Of a stretch of 64,000 nt of DNA, positions 55,828-64,000 are shown piece after piece (position 1 is the first letter of the stretch; the number at the start of each line of letters is the position of its first letter). The translations under genes and the position numbers were made by a program. The notes below the pieces were generated by a model, which saw only the letters and a program-made list of their open reading frames with translations, did no database searches and was not told the DNA's origin. The stretch lies in assembly GCA_964591245.1 (NCBI GenBank), contig CAZPZZ010000005.1, positions 653 to 64,652 of the forward strand, in the 5' to 3' direction. The DNA is from an uncultured Vicinamibacteraceae bacterium (GTDB lineage: Bacteria; Acidobacteriota; Vicinamibacteria; Vicinamibacterales; UBA8438).

Positions 55828-57270
55828 ATGAGTACTGCGACACAAACCGTCGAAGAGCTTGCCAAGCAAGAATACAAGTACGGATTCGTCACGGATGTCG
55901 AGCAGGATTCCATCCCTGAAGGGCTTGATGAGGATGTTATTCGGCTAATCTCGGCGAAGAAAGAAGAGCCCGAGTGGCTTCTCGACTGGCGGCTGAACGC
56001 GTTTCGGGTGTGGTCAAAGATGGTCGAGCCCGCGTGGCACAATGTGCACTATCCCCCGGTCGACTACCAGAGCATCAGTTACTACTCGGCGCCGAAACAG
56101 AAGAAAGAGGTGAAGAGCCTCGACGAGGTCGATCCTGAAATCCGTGCCACGTTCGATAAATTGGGGATTTCGCTCGATGAGCAGAAGCGGCTGTCCGGTG
56201 TGGCCGTCGATGCTGTATTCGACAGCGTCTCGGTCGCGACGACATTCAAGGACACACTAGCGAATCTCGGCATTATCTTTTGCTCGTTCTCGGAGGCCGT
56301 CCGGGATCATCCCGAGCTCGTCCGAAAGTATCTGGGCACGGTGGTGCCGCATTCCGACAATTTCTTCGCTGCTCTTAACTCTGCCGTCTTCTCTGATGGT
56401 TCGTTCGCTTACATTCCCAAGGGCGTGAAATGTCCGATGGAGCTGTCCACGTACTTCCGCATCAATGCGGCGAATACTGGTCAGTTCGAACGTACGTTGC
56501 TCGTTGCCGATGAAGGGGCTGAGGTTAGTTATTTGGAGGGGTGCACGGCCCCGCAACGTGACGAGAATCAACTTCACGCGGCGGTGGTGGAGCTGGTTGC
56601 ACTCGATAACGCGACCATCAAATACTCGACCGTTCAGAACTGGTACCCGGGCGACAAGGATGGTAAAGGCGGTATCTACAACTTCGTAACGAAGCGCGGT
56701 AAAGCGCTGACCAATGCCAAAGTAACCTGGACGCAGGTTGAGACGGGTTCCGCGATCACCTGGAAATATCCGAGTTGCATTTTGCAGGGTGATAACTCTG
56801 TGGGTGAGTTCTATTCCGTCGCGGTGACGAATAACCGTCAGCAGGCTGATACCGGGACGAAGATGGTGCACTTGGGTAAGAACACCCGAAGCACCATCGT
56901 GTCGAAGGGGATTTCGGCCGGGTTGGGTCAGAACACGTATCGCGGGTTGGTGCGTATTGGAAAAGGTGCCCGCGGCGCCAGAAATTTCTCTCAGTGTGAC
57001 TCACTGTTGATCGGAGACCGGTGTGGTGCACACACCTTCCCGTATCTCGAGGTGAAGAACACGTCGTCACAGGTCGAGCATGAAGCCTCGACCTCGAAGA
57101 TCGGGGAGGATCAGATTTTCTATTGCCGCCAGCGGGGTCTATCGACCGAAGACGCCGTGAACCTCATCGTCAACGGATTCTGCAAAGAGGTCTTCCGTGA
57201 ACTCCCAATGGAGTTCGCCGTCGAGGCACAGAAGCTGCTCAGCATCAGTCTCGAGGGTAGTGTCGGATAG
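55828..57270 (+). CDS. sufB: Fe-S cluster assembly scaffold SufB
   Basis: Carries [47 protein letters not shown] and [15 protein letters not shown]. Confidence 0.95.
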   Translation: MSTATQTVEELAKQEYKYGFVTDVEQDSIPEGLDEDVIRLISAKKEEPEWLLDWRLNAFRVWSKMVEPAWHNVHYPPVDYQSISYYSAPKQKKEVKSLDEVDPEIRATFDKLGISLDEQKRLSGVAVDAVFDSVSVATTFKDTLANLGIIFCSFSEAVRDHPELVRKYLGTVVPHSDNFFAALNSAVFSDGSFAYIPKGVKCPMELSTYFRINAANTGQFERTLLVADEGAEVSYLEGCTAPQRDENQLHAAVVELVALDNATIKYSTVQNWYPGDKDGKGGIYNFVTKRGKALTNAKVTWTQVETGSAITWKYPSCILQGDNSVGEFYSVAVTNNRQQADTGTKMVHLGKNTRSTIVSKGISAGLGQNTYRGLVRIGKGARGARNFSQCDSLLIGDRCGAHTFPYLEVKNTSSQVEHEASTSKIGEDQIFYCRQRGLSTEDAVNLIVNGFCKEVFRELPMEFAVEAQKLLSISLEGSVG

Positions 57271-57295
57271 CGGATGACAATTGAGAGATTACAGC

Positions 57296-58057
57296 ATGCT
57301 CGACATTCGTGAGTTGCACGCCAGTGCTGGCGGGCGAGATATTCTCAAGGGGATCACCCTTTCAGTGCACGCCGGTGAGGTCCACGACATCATGGGGCCG
57401 AACGGCTCGGGTAAGAGCACCTTGGCTGGGGTCTTGGCCGGCCGGGATGGTCTCGACGTGACTGCCGGTTCCGTGAATTTTCAAGGGCAGAATCTTCTGG
57501 ACCTCGAGCCCGAAGAGCGGGCCCGCGAAGGGGTGTTTCTAGCGTTCCAATACCCCGTCGAGATTCCTGGAGTCAACAACGCGTACCTGCTCAAGGCGGC
57601 GCTGAACGAAGTGCGCAAACATCGTGGTGAGCCTGAACTCGACGCGATGGATTTCATGAAGTTGATCCGTGAGCGGATGAAGTTGCTCGAAATGGATGAC
57701 AGCCTGCTGAACCGGCCCGTTAACGAAGGGTTTTCAGGGGGCGAGAAGAAGCGGAACGAAATCTTTCAGCTTGCTGTACTCGAGCCGTCTTTGGCGATTC
57801 TCGACGAGACCGATTCTGGACTCGACATCGACGCCCTGAAGGTCGTTGCCGGCGGGGTCAATGCCTTGCGGAGCCCAGAGCGTTCGATGGTAGTGGTTAC
57901 CCACTACCAACGCTTGCTGACATATATCGTGCCTGACTTCGTCCATGTTCTTTCAGGCGGTCGGATCGTCAAGTCTGGTGGTAAGGAGCTAGCGCTCGAG
58001 CTTGAGGAGAAGGGTTACGGCTGGCTCGAGGCGAAGTCGACGACGGCGGCTGTGTAA
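57296..58057 (+). CDS. sufC: Fe-S cluster assembly ATPase SufC
   Basis: Carries MLDIRELHA, GPNGSGKSTL (Walker A), LNEGFSGGEKKRNEI and LAILDETDSGLD. Confidence 0.95.
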   Translation: MLDIRELHASAGGRDILKGITLSVHAGEVHDIMGPNGSGKSTLAGVLAGRDGLDVTAGSVNFQGQNLLDLEPEERAREGVFLAFQYPVEIPGVNNAYLLKAALNEVRKHRGEPELDAMDFMKLIRERMKLLEMDDSLLNRPVNEGFSGGEKKRNEIFQLAVLEPSLAILDETDSGLDIDALKVVAGGVNALRSPERSMVVVTHYQRLLTYIVPDFVHVLSGGRIVKSGGKELALELEEKGYGWLEAKSTTAAV

Positions 58058-58069
58058 CCGGTTGTTCCT

Positions 58070-59392
58070 ATGATCCAGATGGCTACGAGTGCGGAGGGCT
58101 ACGCTGCCCAATTTGAAGCAATCAAGGAGGCCGTGTCGTTGCCAGGGACATTGGCCGCGTTGCGGGACGATGCATTTGCCGGTTTCGGCCGACTCGGGTT
58201 TCCCACGACTCGTCTCGAGGACTGGCGGTTTACGAATGTGTCGCCAATCGCCGAGACGCAATTCTCGGTAGCGTCTGCACCGGGAGACTATGACAAAGCG
58301 GCTCTCGAGGCGTTACGTTTGCCCGCGCTGGGTGGCCCAGAGCTTGTCTTTGTAAATGGCCTTTTTGAACCTGCTCTCAGTACGACTGAGGGACTGCCTC
58401 ACGGTGTGAAGGCGAGAAGCTTGGCGTCTGTTCTGGCTCAAGACCCCGACACGCTCTCGCCGTATCTCGGTCGGTTGGCATCGACTGAGAACAAGGCATT
58501 CACGGCACTCAATACCGCGTTCCTGCGCGACGGTGCAGTGGTTGAGGTGCCGGCCGGCGTCGTCGTGGAGAGGCCGATTCACCTGGTATTTGTGTCGATG
58601 TCCTCGGAGACACCGGCGCTGAGCCAACCGAGAGTGTTGTTACTCGCGGGTGCGAATAGTCAGGTGCGGGTGGTCGAGAGTCATGCCGGCGATCGCGACG
58701 TTGCGTATCTGAGTAACGCGGTAACCGAGGTGCTGGTCGATGAGCATGCTGTCGTAGATCACTATGCGCTGATACGCGAGGCCGAGTCTGCGTTTCACAT
58801 CGGTGCACTCCATGCGAAGCTCGGGCGTGCGAGCAGGTTTTCATCTCACGCCATTACCTTGAGTGGATCGATTGTGAGGAATGAGGGGATCGTTGTCCTT
58901 GATGGTGAGGGCGGCGAATGCACGCTGAATGGTCTGTATCTCGCGGAAGCGAGCCAACTTGTCGACAACCAGACGACTATCGATCACGCCCAACCCCACT
59001 GCGATAGCCACGAGCTGTACAAAGGAATCCTTGATGGCCGGAGCCGGGGTGTCTTCAACGGCAAGATTGTGGTGCGCCTTGACGCGCAGAAAACCGATGC
59101 GAAACAGTCCAACAAGGCGTTGTTGCTGTCTGAGGACGCTCAGGTGACGACCAAGCCTCAACTGGAGATTTTCGCGGACGACGTAAAGTGTACGCATGGT
59201 GCGACCGTCGGTCAGCTCGACGAGGACTCGTTGTTCTACCTGCGGTCCCGAGCATTGTCTGAGCATCAGGCCCGGCAGCTTCTAATACATGCGTTCGCGG
59301 CCGATCTACTCGGACACATCAAGATCGACGCCATTCGACATCAGCTCGATACGCTGCTCTTGGAGCGCCTGCCGCTCGGGGTTGAACGGTGA
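58070..59392 (+). CDS. sufD: Fe-S cluster assembly protein SufD
   Basis: Its position is between sufC and sufS. The C-terminal beta-helix region reads KALLLSEDAQVTTKPQLEIFADDVKCTHGATVGQLDEDSLFYLRSRAL. Confidence 0.9.
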   Translation: MIQMATSAEGYAAQFEAIKEAVSLPGTLAALRDDAFAGFGRLGFPTTRLEDWRFTNVSPIAETQFSVASAPGDYDKAALEALRLPALGGPELVFVNGLFEPALSTTEGLPHGVKARSLASVLAQDPDTLSPYLGRLASTENKAFTALNTAFLRDGAVVEVPAGVVVERPIHLVFVSMSSETPALSQPRVLLLAGANSQVRVVESHAGDRDVAYLSNAVTEVLVDEHAVVDHYALIREAESAFHIGALHAKLGRASRFSSHAITLSGSIVRNEGIVVLDGEGGECTLNGLYLAEASQLVDNQTTIDHAQPHCDSHELYKGILDGRSRGVFNGKIVVRLDAQKTDAKQSNKALLLSEDAQVTTKPQLEIFADDVKCTHGATVGQLDEDSLFYLRSRALSEHQARQLLIHAFAADLLGHIKIDAIRHQLDTLLLERLPLGVER

Positions 59393-60660
59393 ATGCGGGT
59401 GAGGCGCTGACTCCGGGTGTTGGAATGCCGGAGACCGTACCAGTACTTGATGAAGATTGGGTTCGCGCACAATTTCCGATTCTTTCCGAGACGGTCCGCG
59501 GCGTACCGCTTGTCTATCTTGATAATGCGGCGACGACGCAGAAGCCTCAATCCGTTCTCGACGCTCTCGCGCGCTATTACGCATCGCAGAACGCGAATAT
59601 TCATCGCGGCGTCTATCAGTTGAGTCAGGAGGCCACCCAGGCCTATGAAGATGCGCGCGGTAAGGTGGCCACCTTTCTGAACGCGGCAGAGTCTGCAGAG
59701 ATCATCTTCACGCGCAACGCGACAGAGGGCATTAATTTGGTTGCGCAGACCTTTGGGCGCAGCACCGTGAGCGCGGGAGATGAGGTGGTGATCTCCACGA
59801 TGGAGCATCACTCGAATATCGTTCCCTGGCAACTCCTATGTGAAGAGAAGGGGGCGCGCCTGAGGGTTGTGCCGATCTCTGACGCCGGCGAGCTGATGCT
59901 CGATGAATTTGAGTCTCTCATTGGCCCACGGACGAAGCTTGTCTCGATTGTGCATATGTCGAACTCGCTCGGCACGGTCAATCCGGTGCGTCGAGTCGTA
60001 GAGTTGGCCCATAGGCATGATGTTCCGGTTTTGGTTGATGGTTCGCAGGCGGCGTACCATATGCCCGTGGATGTGCAGGCGATCGGGTGTGATTTCTATG
60101 TGGTCACGGGTCATAAACTCTATGGACCTACGGGTATTGGCGCGCTCTACGGGCGCCGCCAGTTGCTTGATGCGATGCCTCCCTATCAGGGGGGGGGCGA
60201 TATGATCAGCTCGGTGACGTTCGAGCGAACGACCTACAATGAGGTGCCCCACAAGTTTGAGGCGGGGACACCGCACATTGCCGGGGCTATCGGTCTTGGA
60301 GCGGCGGTGGACTTCATTGATGGTGTCGGGTTCGGGGCCATTGCCGCCCACGAGCGCCGCCTGCTTGAGTACGCCACCGCTGCCCTGCTGGAGGTGCCGG
60401 GTTTACGACTCATCGGGACTGCACGAGAGAAGGCGAGCATCTTGTCATTCGTGCTGGATGGTGTGCACGCGCACGACATCGGGACGATCGTGGATACCGA
60501 GGGGGTAGCTATTCGTACCGGGCACCACTGTACCCAACCGGTCATGGACCGTTTTGGTGTGCCGGCCACGGCTCGGGCCTCGCTCGCCATGTACAACACG
60601 GCTAGTGAGATCGATCGGCTGGTAGCGGCGCTCTCCAAAGTTCGGGAGGTATTTGGTTAA
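59389..60660 (+). CDS. sufS: Cysteine desulfurase SufS (group II)
   Basis: Carries YLDNAATTQKP, TGHKLYGPTGIGALYG (PLP lysine) and RTGHHCTQP (catalytic Cys). The GTG start overlaps the sufD TGA. Confidence 0.95.
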   Translation: MNAGEALTPGVGMPETVPVLDEDWVRAQFPILSETVRGVPLVYLDNAATTQKPQSVLDALARYYASQNANIHRGVYQLSQEATQAYEDARGKVATFLNAAESAEIIFTRNATEGINLVAQTFGRSTVSAGDEVVISTMEHHSNIVPWQLLCEEKGARLRVVPISDAGELMLDEFESLIGPRTKLVSIVHMSNSLGTVNPVRRVVELAHRHDVPVLVDGSQAAYHMPVDVQAIGCDFYVVTGHKLYGPTGIGALYGRRQLLDAMPPYQGGGDMISSVTFERTTYNEVPHKFEAGTPHIAGAIGLGAAVDFIDGVGFGAIAAHERRLLEYATAALLEVPGLRLIGTAREKASILSFVLDGVHAHDIGTIVDTEGVAIRTGHHCTQPVMDRFGVPATARASLAMYNTASEIDRLVAALSKVREVFG

Positions 60661-61116
60661 GTGTCTGACCTGCGAGACCTCTATCAAGAGGTTATTCTCG
60701 ATCACAACAGGAGCCCGCGAAACTTCGGGGCTCTCGAAGATGCCGATGCGCAGGCCGATGGCCACAACCCACTCTGCGGTGATCGTCTCTCTGTGGCGGT
60801 CAAGCTGGATGATGGCGTGGTGACGGATTTGCGCTTCGAAGGCTCTGGTTGCGCGATTTCCAAGGCATCGGCCTCGCTGATGACCGAAGAGGTCAAAGGC
60901 AAGACACTCGACGAAACTTTGGCCCTGTTCGAGCGTTTTCACAAACTCGTGACCGACCATTCGGATTCGCATGTCGATGGTGACACGGACTTAGGCAAGC
61001 TCGCAGTATTCGCAGGTGTGCGAGATTATCCAGCTAGAGTGAAGTGCGCGGTGCTGGCGTGGCATACGTTGCGGGCGGCGGTCGATGGCCATCATGATGT
61101 GGTCTCAACGGAGTGA
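60661..61116 (+). CDS. sufU: SufU/NifU-like Fe-S assembly (sulfur acceptor) protein
   Basis: Carries LYQEVILDHNRSPRNFG, NPLCGD and FEGSGCAISKASASLM. GTG start. Confidence 0.9.
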   Translation: MSDLRDLYQEVILDHNRSPRNFGALEDADAQADGHNPLCGDRLSVAVKLDDGVVTDLRFEGSGCAISKASASLMTEEVKGKTLDETLALFERFHKLVTDHSDSHVDGDTDLGKLAVFAGVRDYPARVKCAVLAWHTLRAAVDGHHDVVSTE

Positions 61117-61119
61117 TAC

Positions 61120-61632
61120 GTGGGAATCTTTAAACTTGATATGCCGCTCGACTCTGACCTCCGGCCTGCTGAGCCTGAGGGCGACGTGGACGTTCGCTCA
61201 ACTGAGCCGTCACAGGGCGTCATGGAACCGCCCCGAATGGAGTCGCCGTCACCGACGATGACGTCCGGGCCTCCCCCTCCTCCTCCGACGACTACCCACG
61301 ATCCGATCGAGTCCGATCCGCTCAAAACGCTCGAACTCAAACCCAAGCTCATCGAGGCGTTGTCGACCATCTATGATCCAGAGATTCCGGTCAACATCTT
61401 CGAGCTCGGACTCATCTACGACGTTGACGTCAACGCCGAAGCTCTCGTAGGTATCCGGATGACCTTAACGTCGCCTGGTTGCCCAGAGGCACAGACCTTA
61501 CCCGCGAAGGTGAAGGACACAGCGAAGGCCGTACCCGGGGTCAGCGATGCGTGGGTCGATGTTGTCTGGGAGCCGCAGTGGGAAATGAGTAAGATGTCTG
61601 ATGCTGCCAAACTTCAACTCGGTTTGCTCTGA
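61120..61632 (+). CDS. sufT: DUF59 (SufT/MIP18-type) Fe-S assembly protein with Pro-rich N-terminal extension
   Basis: The C-terminal ~100 aa read IEALSTIYDPEIPVNIFELGLIYDV...LTSPGCPEAQTL...VVWEPQWEMSKMSD. The N-terminal ~65 aa are acidic and Pro-rich (PPPPPPTTT). Confidence 0.8.
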   Translation: MGIFKLDMPLDSDLRPAEPEGDVDVRSTEPSQGVMEPPRMESPSPTMTSGPPPPPPTTTHDPIESDPLKTLELKPKLIEALSTIYDPEIPVNIFELGLIYDVDVNAEALVGIRMTLTSPGCPEAQTLPAKVKDTAKAVPGVSDAWVDVVWEPQWEMSKMSDAAKLQLGLL

Positions 61633-61858
61633 CCCACTCTTTCGAGCTGTTTTTGCGCGCTGAGTTTCACGCCTACCGGTCCGCCCTGGCCCCGCCGCAA
61701 TCGTTTGCTTGCGATCTAGCTTTGGGACACAATACCGCTACATACATGTTCAGATAGCTGTGCTTCGTTCGTCGTCGTGTTCCGTCCGTGCAAAGAGTGG
61801 CCATTCGTTGTGCGCTACTCATTCGGCACTCACGTCTCGTCGAAAGGAGTTCGAGTTC

Positions 61859-63334
61859 ATGAGGATGTGGTCACGTCGCGTGGTTGTCCTGTGCGCGCTG
61901 CTCGCGGGCTGCGGAGGTGCGGCCACCCCAGAGCTGCAGCTTATCGAAGATGCCGCAGAGGCTCTGGGAAGTCTCAGGGCCGTAAATGAGTTAACAGGCC
62001 TGGTTCTCGAAGGACAGGGGCAGACGTATCGTCTTGGCCAGAACAGCCGGCCCACCGCAGACCTTCCGTACTACGAGATAGCGAACTATCTGTTGGAGAT
62101 TGATTACGCCAACCGGCAGTGGCGTCTTCGTCAGGATCGTACGACAACTTTTCTGACCGGGGGGCCACTCTATGGCGTTCGGCAGGTCTACGGGCTGGAT
62201 GGGGACGTCGCCTATGATGAACGCGGCGATCAGACCGTGCAGGCCTCGGCCCAAGTTGCCGCCGACCGTTGGACGGAGATGTTTCACAATCCGGTCGGGA
62301 TTCTGCTACTCGCGTTGGACGAGACATCAACCGTCAGCAACTTGCGAGAAGAGGGTGGACAGCAGCTCGTGGATATCGTGGCTGAAAACGGAACCCAATT
62401 GACTTTGGGGGTTGATGCGGAAACCGGCTTCCCGAGCCGTGTGAGTTCTGCGGCGTACCATCCCAATCTGGGGGACGTCACACTCGAAACAACGTTTGAG
62501 GACTACGAGGAAACCGGGGGGCTCGGTGGGTTTCAAGCACGGTTGACGTTGCCGCGCGGTTATGCCACCACACTCGGAGAGTTTCTGATTTCCGAATACC
62601 GGGTTCAGACAAATACCTCGCCAGAACTTGGCGAGCTGTCGGCTCCCGCAACCGAACCGGCTGCTGCAGATGGTGTCGTCGTTGAGGTTGAGGAGATTGC
62701 CAGTGGCGTGTGGTATCTCACCGGTGGATCACATCACAGCGTGGTTGTCGAGTTCGACGAGTATCTAGTCCTCATCGAGGCGCCTCAGAGCGAGGCTCGC
62801 ACGCTGGAGGTGATTGAGCGGGCCCGCGGGTTGCAACCTGATAAGCCGTTACAGTATTTGGTGAATACCCACCATCACTTCGACCATTCGGCTGGAGTTC
62901 GGGCCGCGGTATCAGAGGGACTGACCGTCTTGACCCATCAGGTGAACCAAGCCTTTTTTGAAGAGGCTGTGGTTCGTCAGCATTCGATCCAGCAGGACGC
63001 ACTGGCTCGAAATCCCCAGCCGCTCACGATTGAGGCCATATCGAGTTCCGAGCCCTACGAGTTGTCGAGTGGGCGTCGTACTTTGCAGTTGTTTCACCTT
63101 GCGGATGATCTCCATTCCGACGGTATGGTCGTGGCCTACCTCACACGAGAACGCATTCTCATTGAAGCCGATGCCTTTTCTCCTTCGGCGCAGGCTTCGC
63201 CGTTTGCGGCAGCGTTGCTGCAAAACATCGAAGATCGTGGACTTCGGATCGACACGATTCTCCCGCTTCATGGGTCTGTCGCAACGCTTGAGGACCTCGA
63301 AAGTGCAGTGCAGCGAGAACAGGAATTGAGATAG
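61859..63334 (+). CDS. MBL-fold metallo-hydrolase, lipoprotein
   Basis: AAAGGAG RBS, then ATG at 61859. MRMWSRRVVVLCALLAGCGG contains a lipobox. NTHHHFDHSAG is the HxHxDH motif. Confidence 0.8.
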   Translation: MRMWSRRVVVLCALLAGCGGAATPELQLIEDAAEALGSLRAVNELTGLVLEGQGQTYRLGQNSRPTADLPYYEIANYLLEIDYANRQWRLRQDRTTTFLTGGPLYGVRQVYGLDGDVAYDERGDQTVQASAQVAADRWTEMFHNPVGILLLALDETSTVSNLREEGGQQLVDIVAENGTQLTLGVDAETGFPSRVSSAAYHPNLGDVTLETTFEDYEETGGLGGFQARLTLPRGYATTLGEFLISEYRVQTNTSPELGELSAPATEPAAADGVVVEVEEIASGVWYLTGGSHHSVVVEFDEYLVLIEAPQSEARTLEVIERARGLQPDKPLQYLVNTHHHFDHSAGVRAAVSEGLTVLTHQVNQAFFEEAVVRQHSIQQDALARNPQPLTIEAISSSEPYELSSGRRTLQLFHLADDLHSDGMVVAYLTRERILIEADAFSPSAQASPFAAALLQNIEDRGLRIDTILPLHGSVATLEDLESAVQREQELR

Positions 63335-63655
63335 TGCAATGGGGGGAACTCTGGTAGCTGTGCCGAGACGGCGTGTGCTGCAGAGTTCTCTGTTGCACCT
63401 GTATCTCGGTCGGCACGTCCGGGACTTGTGGTGAATTTCCACGTGCAGGTCCGTGGTTGCGTGCGAGATACCGCGTCGGGCGTACCGGGGATGTGAAGCC
63501 TGGATCGGGTGCTGGCAGTTCTCAGCGTTTCAGCCTATAGTTTGGCCGGAGCGGATCGTTGTCGGTGATGGCGTCGTCGTGTCAGTGTTTCGGTCTTATC
63601 GGTTGTACGTCGCTCACCATTTATTTCCACCGTTGCAATTGTCATACATATGGTC

Positions 63656-64000
63656 ATGACTGATCGGGTTCGTGTGTACGCTCCCGCGACACTTTCTAAT
63701 CTTGGACCGGGGTTCGACGTGCTGGGATTGGCGATGGAAGAACCTGGGGATTACGTCGACGCGGCGTGGTCGGAGGTTCCGGGCATCGAAATCGCGGCGG
63801 TTGATGGTGACGCTGGAACGCTCACGACCGATCCAGAGCGAAATGTGATCGGAATCGCGGCGACGGCGGTGCTGGCCATCCACGACCGGAAGAACAAAGG
63901 CCCACGGCCGCCCGGGGTGCGGCTTTGGCTTGAGAAGCGGATGCCGCTCGCGAGTGGGCTCGGAAGTTCTGCTGCTAGCAGTGTGGCTGGCGCGTTGGCG
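63656..64000 (+). CDS. thrB: Homoserine kinase, 5' partial (runs off the window)
   Basis: Carries MTDRVRVYAPATLSNLGPGFDVLGLA and KRMPLASGLGSSAASSVAGA (GHMP kinase motif). Confidence 0.85.
   Translation, partial: MTDRVRVYAPATLSNLGPGFDVLGLAMEEPGDYVDAAWSEVPGIEIAAVDGDAGTLTTDPERNVIGIAATAVLAIHDRKNKGPRPPGVRLWLEKRMPLASGLGSSAASSVAGALA

Overview
This is a high-GC, densely coding bacterial chromosomal segment, probably from an uncultured aerobic heterotroph. The gene content (DUF1592/DUF1552 pairs, UPF0182, PQQ propellers, Sel1/ankyrin exported proteins) fits Gemmatimonadota, Acidobacteriota or Planctomycetota-like lineages, but I cannot assign phylum from sequence alone. I support about 45 protein genes. 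I found no rRNA, tRNA, CRISPR array, transposase or integrase.

Content from left to right:
- Two paralogous heme-c DUF1592 + TAT-exported DUF1552 gene pairs sit in mirror orientation around a MadL/MadM malonate carrier and a divergent MatC-like dicarboxylate carrier.
- An exported ankyrin-repeat protein follows.
- A short AT-rich islet carries an orphan TPR-like ORF, next to a frameshifted and truncated carboxylesterase remnant.
- A 916-aa secreted protein is built from six tandem ~145-aa repeats of a domain I cannot name. It sits behind a consensus TTGACA/TATAAT promoter.
- Next come pirin, a membrane HD-GYP/GAF signalling protein, a Sel1-repeat protein, periplasmic oxidoreductases and lectin-like proteins, two sodium:solute symporters, a translationally coupled GT2/GT-C glycosyltransferase pair, a PQQ dehydrogenase cluster and UPF0182.
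- A redox/copper neighbourhood contains a two-domain PDO/glutaredoxin-like protein, an M61 peptidase, a Cu P-type ATPase, a DsbA lipoprotein and an aa3-type cox operon in the order I-III-IV-x-x-II.
- The window ends with a sufBCDSU-T operon, an MBL hydrolase and the start of thrB.

The finding I rate highest is the PDO-like gene. Its active-site CxxC codon is an in-frame TGA (T-P-T-TGA-P-H-C-P) followed by a SECIS-like hairpin with a GGUC-containing loop, so it is a candidate UxxC selenoprotein that the ORF track splits into two pieces. Second is the novel tandem-repeat secreted protein.
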